IMG/VR virus record: IMGVR_UViG_3300017747_004150
Origin: an uncultured virus (IMG/VR IMGVR_UViG_3300017747_004150)
Taxonomy: Duplodnaviria > Heunggongvirae > Uroviricota > Caudoviricetes
Strand: one strand, 5' to 3'
Length of the DNA: 64,000 bases
Part shown: one piece after another, positions 9,747 to 20,097 of the stretch
Numbering within the stretch: the stretch's first letter is position 1
How the letters are laid out: each line of letters starts with the position of its first letter
Notes under the pieces: generated by a model
The model's database searches: none
The model's input: the letters and a program-made list of their open reading frames with translations, nothing else
Told to the model about the DNA's origin: nothing
Translations under genes and position numbers: made by a program

Positions 9747-10474
9747 TAGTACATCACTTGTTTAAAGATTGAAAAAATATCCTGGCCAGAAAGACTAACC
9801 CGGTCTCGCATCCGCCCAATTTCAACATCCAAAAGACCTTTGTACCCAGACGCATCTGATTTTCTACTTGGCGTGTGCATGGATACCCAAAACATTAGGT
9901 GCATTTCCAGTGCAGTTTGAAAAAACGGATGCACAATCAGACCGTTTGAAATATCCAAGCAATCCGAAATGTATTCCATATAAAAGTTTGGTAATTTGAT
10001 GTTGGCATCCAAGACAATAACCCGGTTGGCAAAATCAATTCGAAAAGTAGGAACCGGAGGGCTTGGTCGCAAATACCGGCCATAGAAATTTTTGTATGGG
10101 TAAGAGTCTGCCAGAATTACTTCGTCAACCCGCTGCTGCTCCGCCGGCGTGTTTACCCGTGGATTTATGGCCAGGTTCTCGTTTAATCCGTTTGATACAA
10201 CCTGAGTGCCGGACTCATATCCTATTTTCAGCCAGCCAGCCATGTCTGGTGGAAATGGAATTGTTTTGTTTGAAGTGTTTGCCAGGTCATTACGAAACAC
10301 CCGAATAGTTCGGTACGTGTCCATTTTGAGATCACGAAGAAAGCTTTCGGCGTATTGATACAGCCGATCTTCGTCGTCTTCCGGAAATAGCTTCATCATC
10401 CGCATAACGCCATCCACAATTTGCTGAAGCGTTCTGGATGTGCTGTGATTCAGTTTTTCGTCGAATTGCTGCAT
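9746..10474 (-). CDS. Putative tail ring/tubular protein (crAss-like)
   Basis: 242 aa; TIPFPPDMAGWLKIG and FYMEYISD segments; TAATG coupling; third of three similar-sized genes after the terminase. Confidence 0.55.
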   Translation of the reverse strand: MQQFDEKLNHSTSRTLQQIVDGVMRMMKLFPEDDEDRLYQYAESFLRDLKMDTYRTIRVFRNDLANTSNKTIPFPPDMAGWLKIGYESGTQVVSNGLNENLAINPRVNTPAEQQRVDEVILADSYPYKNFYGRYLRPSPPVPTFRIDFANRVIVLDANIKLPNFYMEYISDCLDISNGLIVHPFFQTALEMHLMFWVSMHTPSRKSDASGYKGLLDVEIGRMRDRVSLSGQDIFSIFKQVMY

Positions 10475-11103
10475 TACGTGGTAGTGTTATGATCTGAGAT
10501 GTAGTCTTTTGGAACTTCCATGCGATACTGTTTCAAAACTTCGGAAATTACAACATACTCCAAAGCCTTGTCAATATTTTCTCCGTTGATAATAACGAGA
10601 TAGACATTGATGTCTTTGATTACAGGTTTTATGTCGTCGCACTGGCCACAAATAATAAGTTCCTTTCCAATCCAATCGTGAAAGTATGCTGCACCAACTT
10701 TGCGAAAAAGACTGCCTTTTGATCTGTACTTCCCGCCTTTTGATAATGCCGGTATTCGTTGTTCTCTGCCCATTACGTCAGTGTACGTCACCCGGTCAAT
10801 GCCGCGGTTTTTGGGGATGTCCATTGGCATTTCCGGAAGAATGGCTTTCAATGAAAACGCATCTGGTTCGTAAACAATCAATGGTAGTTTGTAAAATGGA
10901 ACCAAGTATTTGCTTGGCGTAATCCATTCTGCAGTCAGCCGGTATTGATCAAACATTTCCCGTTTACCCCAATAGGTAGCTGCGTTTTGAACGGCTATTT
11001 CAATTTCCTGTTTTGAGGGAATCGAATCAACGCTAATTCCCGAAATGATTCTCCAAATCAATTCGGCTACCTTGCTGATTTTTATGGATGCTACTGATGC
11101 CAT
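10474..11103 (-). CDS. Putative tail ring/adaptor protein
   Basis: 209 aa; LPEMPMDIPKNRGI segment; position in structural operon. Confidence 0.5.
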   Translation of the reverse strand: MASVASIKISKVAELIWRIISGISVDSIPSKQEIEIAVQNAATYWGKREMFDQYRLTAEWITPSKYLVPFYKLPLIVYEPDAFSLKAILPEMPMDIPKNRGIDRVTYTDVMGREQRIPALSKGGKYRSKGSLFRKVGAAYFHDWIGKELIICGQCDDIKPVIKDINVYLVIINGENIDKALEYVVISEVLKQYRMEVPKDYISDHNTTT

Positions 11104-11107
11104 GGTA

Positions 11108-11818
11108 TTATCTGCTGGTTTGGCTCATTTGATTTGCAATTTGAACAAGCGATGGCTGGCTGGTTGTTACCCCAAAGTAACTCAAGATCATCCAAACCAG
11201 CGAATCATAAGCACGTTTTCCCCAAAGAGTGGGTGTTGTTTTTAATGGATCCGGATCGATTTTGCCTTTGTTTCCACTTAAAAAAGCTACGGCAATTTCT
11301 TTGTCACCGATCAAAACCTGGGCCGTAAGTGGAGTGCTTGAGTCCAATTGTGGATATATCCGCATGTTCATTTCCCCGGCACTTCTTCCGATGGGACACC
11401 CATCGCTTGGATATACAATTTCAGAATTAAGATAGTCTCTTTCCTGGCCGATTGGAATCTCTGTTATTTGAATTCCATTTCGAAACCATGCTTCCCACTT
11501 TACAACTTCATATCCAGCGGTGTTAAGAGCGCTCAAATCCGGTATTGCTAAATCTGTCAAAGGATCATAGGTAAAATTAATTTGCCTACGAAACATGTCA
11601 ATCATCATCCGGATGTCGGAAGTGATTTGACTGGCTGTTGCCGGGACTGGTCGGCCTGGAACATATTGGTGAATTGCACCACTTAAAAGATTGAGTAGCG
11701 CCTCTGATGCCACAATAAAATTGGTGGCCAACTCTTCTGGAGTTGCGTACTCATCCGTGTTGGTTCTGAGAAGGGATTGCACCCGATTCAAAACAATTGC
11801 AGTTCCGTTGACAGCCAT
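11108..11818 (-). CDS. Putative tail ring/head-tail adaptor protein
   Basis: ORF track 11108-11866; more likely start is MAVNG at 11818, which avoids overlap with the terminase; YATPEE motif near the N-terminus. Confidence 0.5.
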   Translation of the reverse strand: MAVNGTAIVLNRVQSLLRTNTDEYATPEELATNFIVASEALLNLLSGAIHQYVPGRPVPATASQITSDIRMMIDMFRRQINFTYDPLTDLAIPDLSALNTAGYEVVKWEAWFRNGIQITEIPIGQERDYLNSEIVYPSDGCPIGRSAGEMNMRIYPQLDSSTPLTAQVLIGDKEIAVAFLSGNKGKIDPDPLKTTPTLWGKRAYDSLVWMILSYFGVTTSQPSLVQIANQMSQTSR

Positions 11819-11850
11819 AATAATGCAAAGAAATACAATTTTGAACAATA

Positions 11851-14283
11851 TTATGCGGCATGCCAACTCTCCTCAAACTCAGCTTCTCCAGGTCTTTTTT
11901 CTCCTTGATACATTTGTTGATACAAAACGACCTCCATAAGCCTAAAACCGGGCACACAACTCATAGTTCTATCAAACTTTTTCCGGTGAGCAATGTTGAA
12001 AGCAAGCCAATCTTTTGCAGTTTCTTTATGTGGACATCGCTCCCATTCCTGATGAATTTCATAATTCCATCCTCTTAAATAGCTGGCGCGTCCGTTGACA
12101 AAAGCATATACTGCTTGCAAATAAACCGGTGCGTCCTCGTCCATTCGGAAGCCATACATCCCATCTCTGGATACCGATCTTTCTTCCGGAATATAAAACT
12201 CGTTTGCCGGCACCAAAAACTTTAACATTTTGTTTCGACGACAGAACTCGGTTAATCCGTCATGGTTGTTTTCGTGAGCAATTCGAACACCAAAGTAGAT
12301 TGCGGCATAAAGCATCTGTTTGTATGAATCGTCGATGTCCATTGGTCTGGCCCAATACGCACATGGCAGTGATGGTGATGGGTAAAAATCCGGTCGCTTT
12401 ACTCCAGGAATGCCGGAGTTGTACATGTTCTCCATTTCCCGAATATTAAAGAACTTCAGTACGTGGGCTGCTCCTTTGGATCCGTTCTTTTTGTCAATAA
12501 CAATCCCCTTTTGGTATGGGTCATACGTTATACAGCCCCAATCTATATTGAGCGGCTCCAATACTCCGTCATTGAATCGAACCCGGTTGGCGTCCCGATC
12601 CCAATCTTTGAAAAGCAGGTTTGTTTCCCATTCGCCAGATATTGGATCGTCTTCCCAAATGATTTTTGGATTGGCCATGTTTCGTTCATCAAGCAAAGCG
12701 AACCTGCCCTTACGCATGATGTTTGTGTTGTGCTGACTTCCCTCTAATGCAACCACCAGTTTTTGAACCTTGTCGGCATTAAAACCATTCTGCCCAGCTG
12801 GCTCAACAAACATGTCGGCTATGTGCCGAGGATGGGCCCGAAGAAAGTTGGTGTAGTTATCCCATTCTCCTTTTTTGGAAAGATCGTCCAGTCTGGTTTG
12901 AATGTAGGTTTTAGTTCCCATTGTAGGAAACAGGTCGCCCTTAGAAACCCTCCACTCGACAACTTTTTCATCTGCCGGATCCTCAATGATTGAATATCCC
13001 CATTTGTCGATAAAGTTTTCCAGCCCATCAAGAGCACTTTGGAAATAGAACCGAAGTCCGGACGTGGTGCTCTTTAATGTTGCGTTGTAGGTCTTTCTTC
13101 TGGACTGCTCTACCAGATCCCTGAACTGCCGCCCTTGCGTCATATCCTCCAATGTGGATGGTAGATATGCCTGACCTAATTTTGATGACCCACCGCCCAA
13201 TGTAAAGCAATACCTGAGGACTTTGTTCCAGGCATACGAAAGGTCGATTGGAAGTTTACCCGCTTCATCAAGCAGCATATATCCCAATCCCTTTCCGTTG
13301 TATCCCTGTTCGGTGGTTGACTTCCAGTTGATCAGTGAGTTGGTACCATGAATCTTTCCGGAAAGCGTGCTTCTGTATGTCAGCAACACTTTGCTTGAAT
13401 CAACAGGAATTGTGTCCGTATTTCGTAGCCAAAGCGGCAACCGGTTATATGGGCCTACAAAGTTTTGCGTAAACTCTTCCCTGGCTTTGTCCCCGGCATC
13501 CATCATGTATCCGGTATTCTTTTTCATTCCGGAACGAGCGGTCCAAAACTTCAACCAGAATCCTCTTTGGGATGCACCCATACGACGAAACTTTGGCTGT
13601 ACAATTCCAATTTCCAGCGCCGACAATTCCACATCCCGCCACATCATGTAGAACCGGCGGTCGGCATCCCGGTAGTCCTTATACCCGTCGTTGCTTGAAA
13701 TACCGATGTCCCAATAATTGAGTTCACCGTAATAGTGCGGAGTAGTCCATGTAAGAACTCCGCGATTGAAAAACCAATATCCTTCAATCCAGATTCGGTC
13801 ATACTCCCGGTTCACCCATTCTTCCTGACGCGCATCCAGGGTATAATCGGAAATCCTCTTTTGTGGGCCAACAAGTTTTTTATCGATAAAGTCCGGATCC
13901 ATGTATGCCGGTTCTTTGGTCCTCTCAAAAACCTGATCATCCAGTGGCCTCCCATATCCGGGCACTCTTGTAATATCTTTTGGGATTGGTGGAGTGCACA
14001 CTTCAAAAAAGTCCGCTTCCCCATCTTCAGCATCAATCAATTCGTAGATGCACCCGTTTTTTATCGTTTGTGTTTTGAGAAGAAGAAAGCCCAGGCCCGT
14101 GTCATAAAACATCGTTGGGTCCGGATTCTCGACCGCCAAATGATGTGATGTGTTCACATATACCGGCTGGCTTTGAATTTCAAGTGAACTGAGCAGCGGC
14201 TCTTTGGCTCTTGGTTTTGCAGAAGCTTTTTTGACCGCCTGGGGCTTTTCGGCTTTGGTCTTACCGGTTTTTATAATTGGCAT
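11851..14283 (-). CDS. terL: Terminase large subunit (crAss-like)
   Basis: 810 aa; KFRRMGAS Walker A variant, LLDEAGK Walker B, C-terminal nuclease motifs YDPY...GSKGAAH, HENN, FDRTMS. Confidence 0.9.
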   Translation of the reverse strand: MPIIKTGKTKAEKPQAVKKASAKPRAKEPLLSSLEIQSQPVYVNTSHHLAVENPDPTMFYDTGLGFLLLKTQTIKNGCIYELIDAEDGEADFFEVCTPPIPKDITRVPGYGRPLDDQVFERTKEPAYMDPDFIDKKLVGPQKRISDYTLDARQEEWVNREYDRIWIEGYWFFNRGVLTWTTPHYYGELNYWDIGISSNDGYKDYRDADRRFYMMWRDVELSALEIGIVQPKFRRMGASQRGFWLKFWTARSGMKKNTGYMMDAGDKAREEFTQNFVGPYNRLPLWLRNTDTIPVDSSKVLLTYRSTLSGKIHGTNSLINWKSTTEQGYNGKGLGYMLLDEAGKLPIDLSYAWNKVLRYCFTLGGGSSKLGQAYLPSTLEDMTQGRQFRDLVEQSRRKTYNATLKSTTSGLRFYFQSALDGLENFIDKWGYSIIEDPADEKVVEWRVSKGDLFPTMGTKTYIQTRLDDLSKKGEWDNYTNFLRAHPRHIADMFVEPAGQNGFNADKVQKLVVALEGSQHNTNIMRKGRFALLDERNMANPKIIWEDDPISGEWETNLLFKDWDRDANRVRFNDGVLEPLNIDWGCITYDPYQKGIVIDKKNGSKGAAHVLKFFNIREMENMYNSGIPGVKRPDFYPSPSLPCAYWARPMDIDDSYKQMLYAAIYFGVRIAHENNHDGLTEFCRRNKMLKFLVPANEFYIPEERSVSRDGMYGFRMDEDAPVYLQAVYAFVNGRASYLRGWNYEIHQEWERCPHKETAKDWLAFNIAHRKKFDRTMSCVPGFRLMEVVLYQQMYQGEKRPGEAEFEESWHAA

Positions 14284-14290
14284 AGTTTGC

Positions 14291-15943
14291 TCAGTAGGTA
14301 AAAGTCTTTCCTATTGGCATCACAACCGGCAGCCCGTTTACCAAAGGCGAAAACTCCGCCCTGGTATTAGCCGACAACATAAAATGCTCAACCCGGTTGT
14401 AGCTTCCTTTTTGGCAGGAAACCACACGCGTAACATCTCCAATTTCTTGAACAAGCGTTGTGTTCTTCCCATTGGTTTGTGATAGCCAGTCAACAAAACT
14501 ATGGTAAATTTCAGTTGGTTCAAATGTCACATCCCATTTACCTGGCCTTGCGTCGTACAGATCGATCATGTTTGAAATGATTAATTTTGAGCACCGCAGC
14601 ATCATCATTTGATAGGAAATGGCTGGCCACCGTCCTGGAAATACCGGGTAATCGATTATTACCACAAAGTCCTGATGCGGCAAATACAGGTGAAACGTCT
14701 CAATTACTTTTGGAAGGTTGTCCAGATCTTCGTCTGAGCACACCCGAAAAACACAACAGTCCCATGGTACCGACTTAATTTCATTGAGTCCATGCCGATA
14801 TGCGAAGTAGAAGAAGTTTTTGTCTATCGGCATTGGCATGCTCATAACCGGCATGGTGATGTCGGCGTCTTTGATGATTTTAAATATCTCCACTTGCAGT
14901 TCACAAAACTCATCCATGTCTATAATTGCCTTTTCCGGAAAGTACATAAACCGGTTGGCATATTGCAGTGCCGCCCGGTTGTTTTGTCGCATGATGTATC
15001 CTTCTGAGTTTCGAAAAACCCACTCTGAATCTATTGCAATTCCGTCGACCTGCCGATTGTACCGGAACTTTTTGTTGTTGCCATACCTGGCTACCAAATA
15101 CCGAATCAGCTTCAATCCAAACTCTTTGTTGGAAGCCTTTACTGCAATGTCCAAATTGGAGTCAAGTTGTGTCCGAATAATTCGGAGTTCGCTGTCAATA
15201 TCAAATGCTTCACCGTTGACTATTGTTGGCGCCAGTCGGATGAGTGATGGTGAATCCGGACTTTGCACCCAGCTATCCGTAATGAAAAAAAGTCTGTCAG
15301 GAAACAGACTCTTTTGAACAATTGCCAAATCTTTTCGGTTGAGCCGAAGTCCATCAGTTATTTGAAAGATGGTTTTGGGTTCCACATATTTTGGCACCCA
15401 CTCTTTGTTTGGCATTGACTGAACTCCTTTCCCGGTAGTCAGTAATTCCACTGGCGGCATAGCAGTGCCATCTTCTGCCAAAAACACCACCAGCTTGCCA
15501 GTTGCTTTCTCTGATCGACCGGACGCATCACAAAAGCTTTTGCCTTCCTCAATTGTAAATTTGTGCTGGAGATCGGAAAAATTGTTTCCAACCCACACCT
15601 GTATTGAGCCAAGTTTTTTAGAAAGACCATAGTTAACTCTGGAGATTGAGCACTGTTGCGACAACTCAACTACAATCATTCCGCTTTTTCCCAGGAAAGT
15701 ACATCCGGTTTCTGATTCTGTGTTTTCTGGCATTGACTCAAAGGAGTTGCAGTATTTGAAACAACTGGTTGGATCCCCAATCATACTGCTCCAAAATATC
15801 TGATCCGGATGCACAAACACTTTGTTGACCATCACTGAGGAAACCATTACATCTTCTTTGGCGCATGGCACATTGACTCCTCTGCGGTATGCACGAGTGA
15901 CCATGCCTCCTTTGCCAAGTTCCTGGATGAATGTTCTTGCCAT
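14291..15943 (-). CDS. Hypothetical protein (550 aa), possibly carbohydrate-binding plus glycosidase-like domains
   Basis: Long ORF; IVVELSQQCSISRV...IQVWVG resembles a discoidin-type beta-sandwich; function uncertain. Confidence 0.6.
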   Translation of the reverse strand: MARTFIQELGKGGMVTRAYRRGVNVPCAKEDVMVSSVMVNKVFVHPDQIFWSSMIGDPTSCFKYCNSFESMPENTESETGCTFLGKSGMIVVELSQQCSISRVNYGLSKKLGSIQVWVGNNFSDLQHKFTIEEGKSFCDASGRSEKATGKLVVFLAEDGTAMPPVELLTTGKGVQSMPNKEWVPKYVEPKTIFQITDGLRLNRKDLAIVQKSLFPDRLFFITDSWVQSPDSPSLIRLAPTIVNGEAFDIDSELRIIRTQLDSNLDIAVKASNKEFGLKLIRYLVARYGNNKKFRYNRQVDGIAIDSEWVFRNSEGYIMRQNNRAALQYANRFMYFPEKAIIDMDEFCELQVEIFKIIKDADITMPVMSMPMPIDKNFFYFAYRHGLNEIKSVPWDCCVFRVCSDEDLDNLPKVIETFHLYLPHQDFVVIIDYPVFPGRWPAISYQMMMLRCSKLIISNMIDLYDARPGKWDVTFEPTEIYHSFVDWLSQTNGKNTTLVQEIGDVTRVVSCQKGSYNRVEHFMLSANTRAEFSPLVNGLPVVMPIGKTFTY

Positions 15944-16668
15944 TACAGTTTGCCTTTTTCTTTTGCGCTTTGCCGGCGCTTAACCAAATCTTCCTGCGGT
16001 CCTTTGCTGGCAATTTTCACCATCTGCTCTTCGTTGGCTGCAAACAATTCCCATCGAAGCTTTTCCACCAGTTCCAAAAGTTCGGGAGCCTTGAGCGTCA
16101 TAGAAAGTCGACTCATTAATTTGGCTTCCCTTTTTTCAGTGTTGCCCCAAATGGTTTGGCCGGATTCCATAACAATTTGTTTCAGGTTTTCAATTGCTCC
16201 AAAATACATGGCTGTCTTTATCCCGAAATGAAAAATGGCATATTCGTATTGAAACCGCAAAACATCGTCAGTTCGAATCAGTCCAAAGTTTTCGTTTTTA
16301 ACGCCGTCGTCCCACAGATAATACTCTACCCCATCATACCGACTTTCGCACAATCTGTACGAAACCAGCTTCATTGGGCCTGGCTTATCGTCCTCATCAA
16401 ACGACTCTTCTTTTGATGGCTTTGTTGGTTGCTCAACCTTAACCTCAATCAATCCGAGTTTCAGATCTTGTAAAATGCCCATGAAAAGCGTCGTTGTCGA
16501 ATCGCTTTGGATTTTCTGATCACCCATGGAATAGAATTTCTCAAAAACCTGAATCCACAATTCTCGCTCTTGTTCCGATAATGCAGACTGCAAATAGGAT
16601 TTATGCTTCCGAAATCCCTGATAGGTGGAAATGGTTTTCCCTTGATAGAAATCACTGTTTAGGCTCAT
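15943..16668 (-). CDS. Hypothetical protein (241 aa), terminase small subunit candidate
   Basis: Helical, basic C-terminus; upstream of terL; function is a positional guess only. Confidence 0.55.
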   Translation of the reverse strand: MSLNSDFYQGKTISTYQGFRKHKSYLQSALSEQERELWIQVFEKFYSMGDQKIQSDSTTTLFMGILQDLKLGLIEVKVEQPTKPSKEESFDEDDKPGPMKLVSYRLCESRYDGVEYYLWDDGVKNENFGLIRTDDVLRFQYEYAIFHFGIKTAMYFGAIENLKQIVMESGQTIWGNTEKREAKLMSRLSMTLKAPELLELVEKLRWELFAANEEQMVKIASKGPQEDLVKRRQSAKEKGKL

Positions 16669-17347
16669 GCTTCAATTCAAAAATTACATAACTCAGTTCA
16701 ACCGCCCAATAGTTGTTTGGTGGCAATACGGATTCAATTCCTTTTCGCTTAAAATCTGCATGGTCAACCATTACCGGTACCGGGAGATTGCATACCAAAA
16801 ACTTGCCTTTGTTCTCGCCTTCTGAGATTACCTCATAAACCGAATAGTCGTTTCGTGGTTGATCCCAATCGTTGATTTGATACAGGTTGGAAAACATTTC
16901 ACCAGACAACCACTGTTCGTGAAGATCGGGCCGGTGAATAGTCAACTCAAACCCTGGCTTATACACATGGTCGCCGTTGTCTTTGTTTTCGCATTTTGGA
17001 TATCCATACACTTTCCCGTCGTGCTCGTAAGCCACCAGATTGTTTTTCAGGATGACATGCTTCTGACTGGCGTTGCCGATTTTGCGCTCGTCCTGCCATA
17101 CGTGAGAGTACATCAAAATATCACCGTAGACAACATCACCGGCGACGAGTGGACAAATATTTCCGTATTTGTCTACTGCAGGATTTTCTACCTCTACCAC
17201 GCCAACGCGGCAAAACTGATTGGCCAGAGATGCGTCTTCCGGAATAGATGCCTCCAGTTCAAGTGATTTGTACGAAAAAACCTCAATTTTTTTATTCTGC
17301 TTTCGCAGCTGAATAAATCTGGGTGCCAAATACCGGAAGTCGCTCAT
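16652..17347 (-). CDS. Hypothetical protein, possible GroES-like fold
   Basis: 231 aa; VGVV...LVAGDVVY...VILKNNLVA pattern. Confidence 0.5.
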   Translation of the reverse strand: MSDFRYLAPRFIQLRKQNKKIEVFSYKSLELEASIPEDASLANQFCRVGVVEVENPAVDKYGNICPLVAGDVVYGDILMYSHVWQDERKIGNASQKHVILKNNLVAYEHDGKVYGYPKCENKDNGDHVYKPGFELTIHRPDLHEQWLSGEMFSNLYQINDWDQPRNDYSVYEVISEGENKGKFLVCNLPVPVMVDHADFKRKGIESVLPPNNYWAVELSYVIFELKHEPKQ

Positions 17348-17350
17348 TGG

Positions 17351-18247
17351 TTATTTGGAAAGTTTTAGTTGAAGTAAATTATTAAATCCTTTTTGGTCCC
17401 GGAAAAGACCGCCGTTTGGTGTTGCTGGTATTACGTTTGGTGCTTCCGGACAAACTTCCAGGATTCGCGACGATCCCAGCCCTTCCGCAATTGCAAAGCA
17501 GCTGGACTGATTTCCGATGAAAAGTTTTGAGCCCTGAATGATTTTTGCCGCCTCAAGAAAGTCGTTGGTTTTAACATATTCTGCACGCGGCACCGCCTTT
17601 TGAAATTCTTTGTATTCATCCCGGACGCCCAGGAATACAACCGGAACATCATGGTCCTGAAGACTAGTGTATTTTATGTTGTGATTATTATACCGGGCTG
17701 TCCTGTTTACTACCACATAATCCATCGGATCCATGTTTTTACCTGTTACCAACCATGGTTCACCAATACAGGCTTGCAGTTCCGGGTAGTACATCATCAC
17801 CCACTGACGAATGTCTCCATATGGCATTCCTAATTCTTTGCTGATTTCCGGCTCCCGGATCATATCGATATTGTATTGCACCTGATGGCAGTCCCAGATT
17901 TCAAATCGCTCAATGTAGTCCTGCATCTCTAAAAGAGGCTTACACAGATTGAACATGTACTCATTGAACATGACATTTCCAATTGGATGATCGGCACCCC
18001 AATAAGTGCATGGCTCGTTGAGCAGTTGATACACAACGGCTCTTTTCCCGGTTATGCGTGTTGCTTGGCGAATTGCCGGCAAAGAATAAATAAGATCGCC
18101 AGCGTTTGCAGAATGACGAAAAAACACGTTTTTGGACGATTCCTGCACTGGTTGAATCTTTTCTTTGCGTGGTTGGTGAAGTACGATCGGAGTGTACTTT
18201 TCACGTTTTGACTTTTGTTCTGAAAAATTCATATAATTTTGAATCAA
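17351..18247 (-). CDS. GT-B glycosyltransferase (GT9/heptosyltransferase-like)
   Basis: AGDLIYSLPA at the N-terminus; AAKIIQGSKLFIGNQSSCFAIAEGLG at the C-terminus. Confidence 0.8.
   Translation of the reverse strand: MIQNYMNFSEQKSKREKYTPIVLHQPRKEKIQPVQESSKNVFFRHSANAGDLIYSLPAIRQATRITGKRAVVYQLLNEPCTYWGADHPIGNVMFNEYMFNLCKPLLEMQDYIERFEIWDCHQVQYNIDMIREPEISKELGMPYGDIRQWVMMYYPELQACIGEPWLVTGKNMDPMDYVVVNRTARYNNHNIKYTSLQDHDVPVVFLGVRDEYKEFQKAVPRAEYVKTNDFLEAAKIIQGSKLFIGNQSSCFAIAEGLGSSRILEVCPEAPNVIPATPNGGLFRDQKGFNNLLQLKLSK
18234..18241 (+). promoter_or_regulatory. Bacteroidota sigma-A -7 box (TAATTTTG) for the 82-aa gene
   Basis: Matches TAnnTTTG about 30 nt upstream of ATG 18273. Confidence 0.6.
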
Positions 18248-18272
18248 CTTATCTACTTAATTTTTTACGATT

Positions 18273-18521
18273 ATGGCTTTAAAAGCAATTACGGGGATCT
18301 ACGGGATCGCCGCTCCTGGGGGTACGGTCGCTACCCCTCAGTCTGTAAACCTGTCTGCCTATGTTGAGGCCGGTAATGTCGCTGCTCTTGAGAAATTCAC
18401 CGGTTATGCCGGAGGATACAATTGTACTGACGGATGCCGCATTCTGTTGACCAACGTCCCTGGACGTGTTGGTTACATTACCAATCTTTCGGTTGCTTCG
18501 GTGGTTTCCGCTTTGGCTTAA
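18273..18521 (+). CDS. Small beta-rich protein (82 aa), possible capsid decoration protein
   Basis: Lone plus-strand ORF with its own promoter and terminator; Ala/Gly/Val/Thr-rich. Confidence 0.75.
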   Translation: MALKAITGIYGIAAPGGTVATPQSVNLSAYVEAGNVAALEKFTGYAGGYNCTDGCRILLTNVPGRVGYITNLSVASVVSALA

Positions 18522-18541
18522 TCGTATCATGTTGGTTTTTC

Positions 18542-18573
18542 AAAAAGCCCGGCTCAAAAGGTCGGGTTTTTTT
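18542..18573 (+). terminator. Rho-independent terminator (probably bidirectional)
   Basis: AAAAAGCCCGGC-TCAAAAG-GTCGGGTTTTTTT between convergent genes. Confidence 0.8.
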
Positions 18574-18582
18574 ATGTGATGG

Positions 18583-18882
18583 TTATGTGATAATCCCAGG
18601 TCGCTCAATCCCTTTTACAATTCCTTCCGGCTTTTTTGTGTGCATCGACTCAATTGCTTCTTCAACTTTAAGTCTCAATAAATCCAAATCAGATTCGGTC
18701 ACCTGCTGAACACAAAGCATTTCAAACACTGGATCCAGATGTCTTTCTGAAAGAGGGATCAACAAAACATGGTAGTCGGAAAGTTTGGTTTCAAAGTTCT
18801 CCAGTGTTTTGCCATAGTTAAACTCTTTGGTCCCATAGATGCTTTTCGGCATCCGAATGATTATGATTGGTTTTGCTTCCAT
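18583..18882 (-). CDS. Hypothetical protein
   Basis: Likely start MEAKPII at 18882, directly after the upstream stop. Confidence 0.65.
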   Translation of the reverse strand: MEAKPIIIIRMPKSIYGTKEFNYGKTLENFETKLSDYHVLLIPLSERHLDPVFEMLCVQQVTESDLDLLRLKVEEAIESMHTKKPEGIVKGIERPGIIT

Positions 18883-18886
18883 TGGC

Positions 18887-19459
18887 TTACAATTTTTGTA
18901 TAACACATTCAATTTGATACTCTCCGATTGCGTGAGTTTCAACATCTGGCTTATGATGGCCCTCATCGCAAACTTTGGTCCAAAGAATAATGGCGTTTAT
19001 CCCAGACCTTTTGATCGCGTCCTCAACCGTGTGTTTTAGGCTGAAGGTATTTGGTGGCTCATATGAATCTGGCAACCACATGGTCCGATGATCAAGATTC
19101 CATCGAGAAGGAAGCTTGTTGCTGTCTTCATACAGTTCCCGGTGCGGAACAAATATTGCTACAATACCGCGTGGTTTGCAGATACGAAGCATGTTTGCAA
19201 TAGCTGTCAATGGGTCATCCAAATGCTCCAGGCAATGCGAGGACCAAACAACCTCTTGGGAGTTGTCTGGGAATATTTCCAATGTTGTTGCATCGCAATC
19301 GTTTTTGTCGTGTTGGAAAAAGTGCGGGTTAATGGTATCGGCTCCGTCAGCTGTATCAAACCGACCAACGCCAATATCAATACCTGTTTTGCCTTCAATC
19401 CATTTTAAGTATAATCCCTCCCGGATCCACCTCTGTTTTGTTTTTCTGGTTTCGCCCAT
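18887..19459 (-). CDS. Class I SAM-dependent methyltransferase
   Basis: GIDIGVG, VVWSSHCLEHL and CKPRG motifs; start MGETRK coupled by TAATG. Confidence 0.85.
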   Translation of the reverse strand: MGETRKTKQRWIREGLYLKWIEGKTGIDIGVGRFDTADGADTINPHFFQHDKNDCDATTLEIFPDNSQEVVWSSHCLEHLDDPLTAIANMLRICKPRGIVAIFVPHRELYEDSNKLPSRWNLDHRTMWLPDSYEPPNTFSLKHTVEDAIKRSGINAIILWTKVCDEGHHKPDVETHAIGEYQIECVIQKL

Positions 19460-20097
19460 TACTTTGTGTGAATTAAAAAAATCCCAATACCATTCCACCA
19501 CCGAACACTGCCTTCGCCCTCTTCAAATATTTCCCAGGACTTTACAATTTCATACTGATCTTTTACTTCTTCCAATCCAGCAAACGTGCCCTCTTTTACA
19601 GCATGGAAATCCGGATGAGAGAAGTCGTCAACAACAAAAATGAACTGGTCTGCCATCATTGGGAAAAAGTGAGTGACTGCCCGTTTGTGGTCTTCGAAGC
19701 TGTGGCCACCATCAAAAAGAAACAAGTCTGGCCACAATGGAATCTCGTACTTTTCAATTGCAAAACAGTCTTTGTTTGCGTATGAATAGTAGTCAAGATG
19801 ATTGAGGCAGTTTTTTTCAAATTCATCTTTTACCAATCCATCCGGATTAAACTCTGAAAAATTGTCGCATGCAAAATGTTTTATTTCATTGCCAAAACAA
19901 GTGCTTATCAGCGACGCGCCTTTCCAGCTTCCAACCTCAAAATATCTTGTAGATAAATTTCCCAGGTTGTTGTACAGGTGCCTAACCTTGGGGCTGCTCA
20001 TGCCTTCCAAAGCCAGGATTTCCGGAGTCAATTTTGATTGCTCATTGTGAGCATTTGCTATTGCTTGCTCAATTTCGGCAATATGTAGTCGTACCAT
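19459..20097 (-). CDS. Class I SAM-dependent methyltransferase (Methyltransf_24-like)
   Basis: YFEVGSWKGAS, LFDGGHS and VVDD motifs. Confidence 0.85.
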   Translation of the reverse strand: MVRLHIAEIEQAIANAHNEQSKLTPEILALEGMSSPKVRHLYNNLGNLSTRYFEVGSWKGASLISTCFGNEIKHFACDNFSEFNPDGLVKDEFEKNCLNHLDYYSYANKDCFAIEKYEIPLWPDLFLFDGGHSFEDHKRAVTHFFPMMADQFIFVVDDFSHPDFHAVKEGTFAGLEEVKDQYEIVKSWEIFEEGEGSVRWWNGIGIFLIHTK

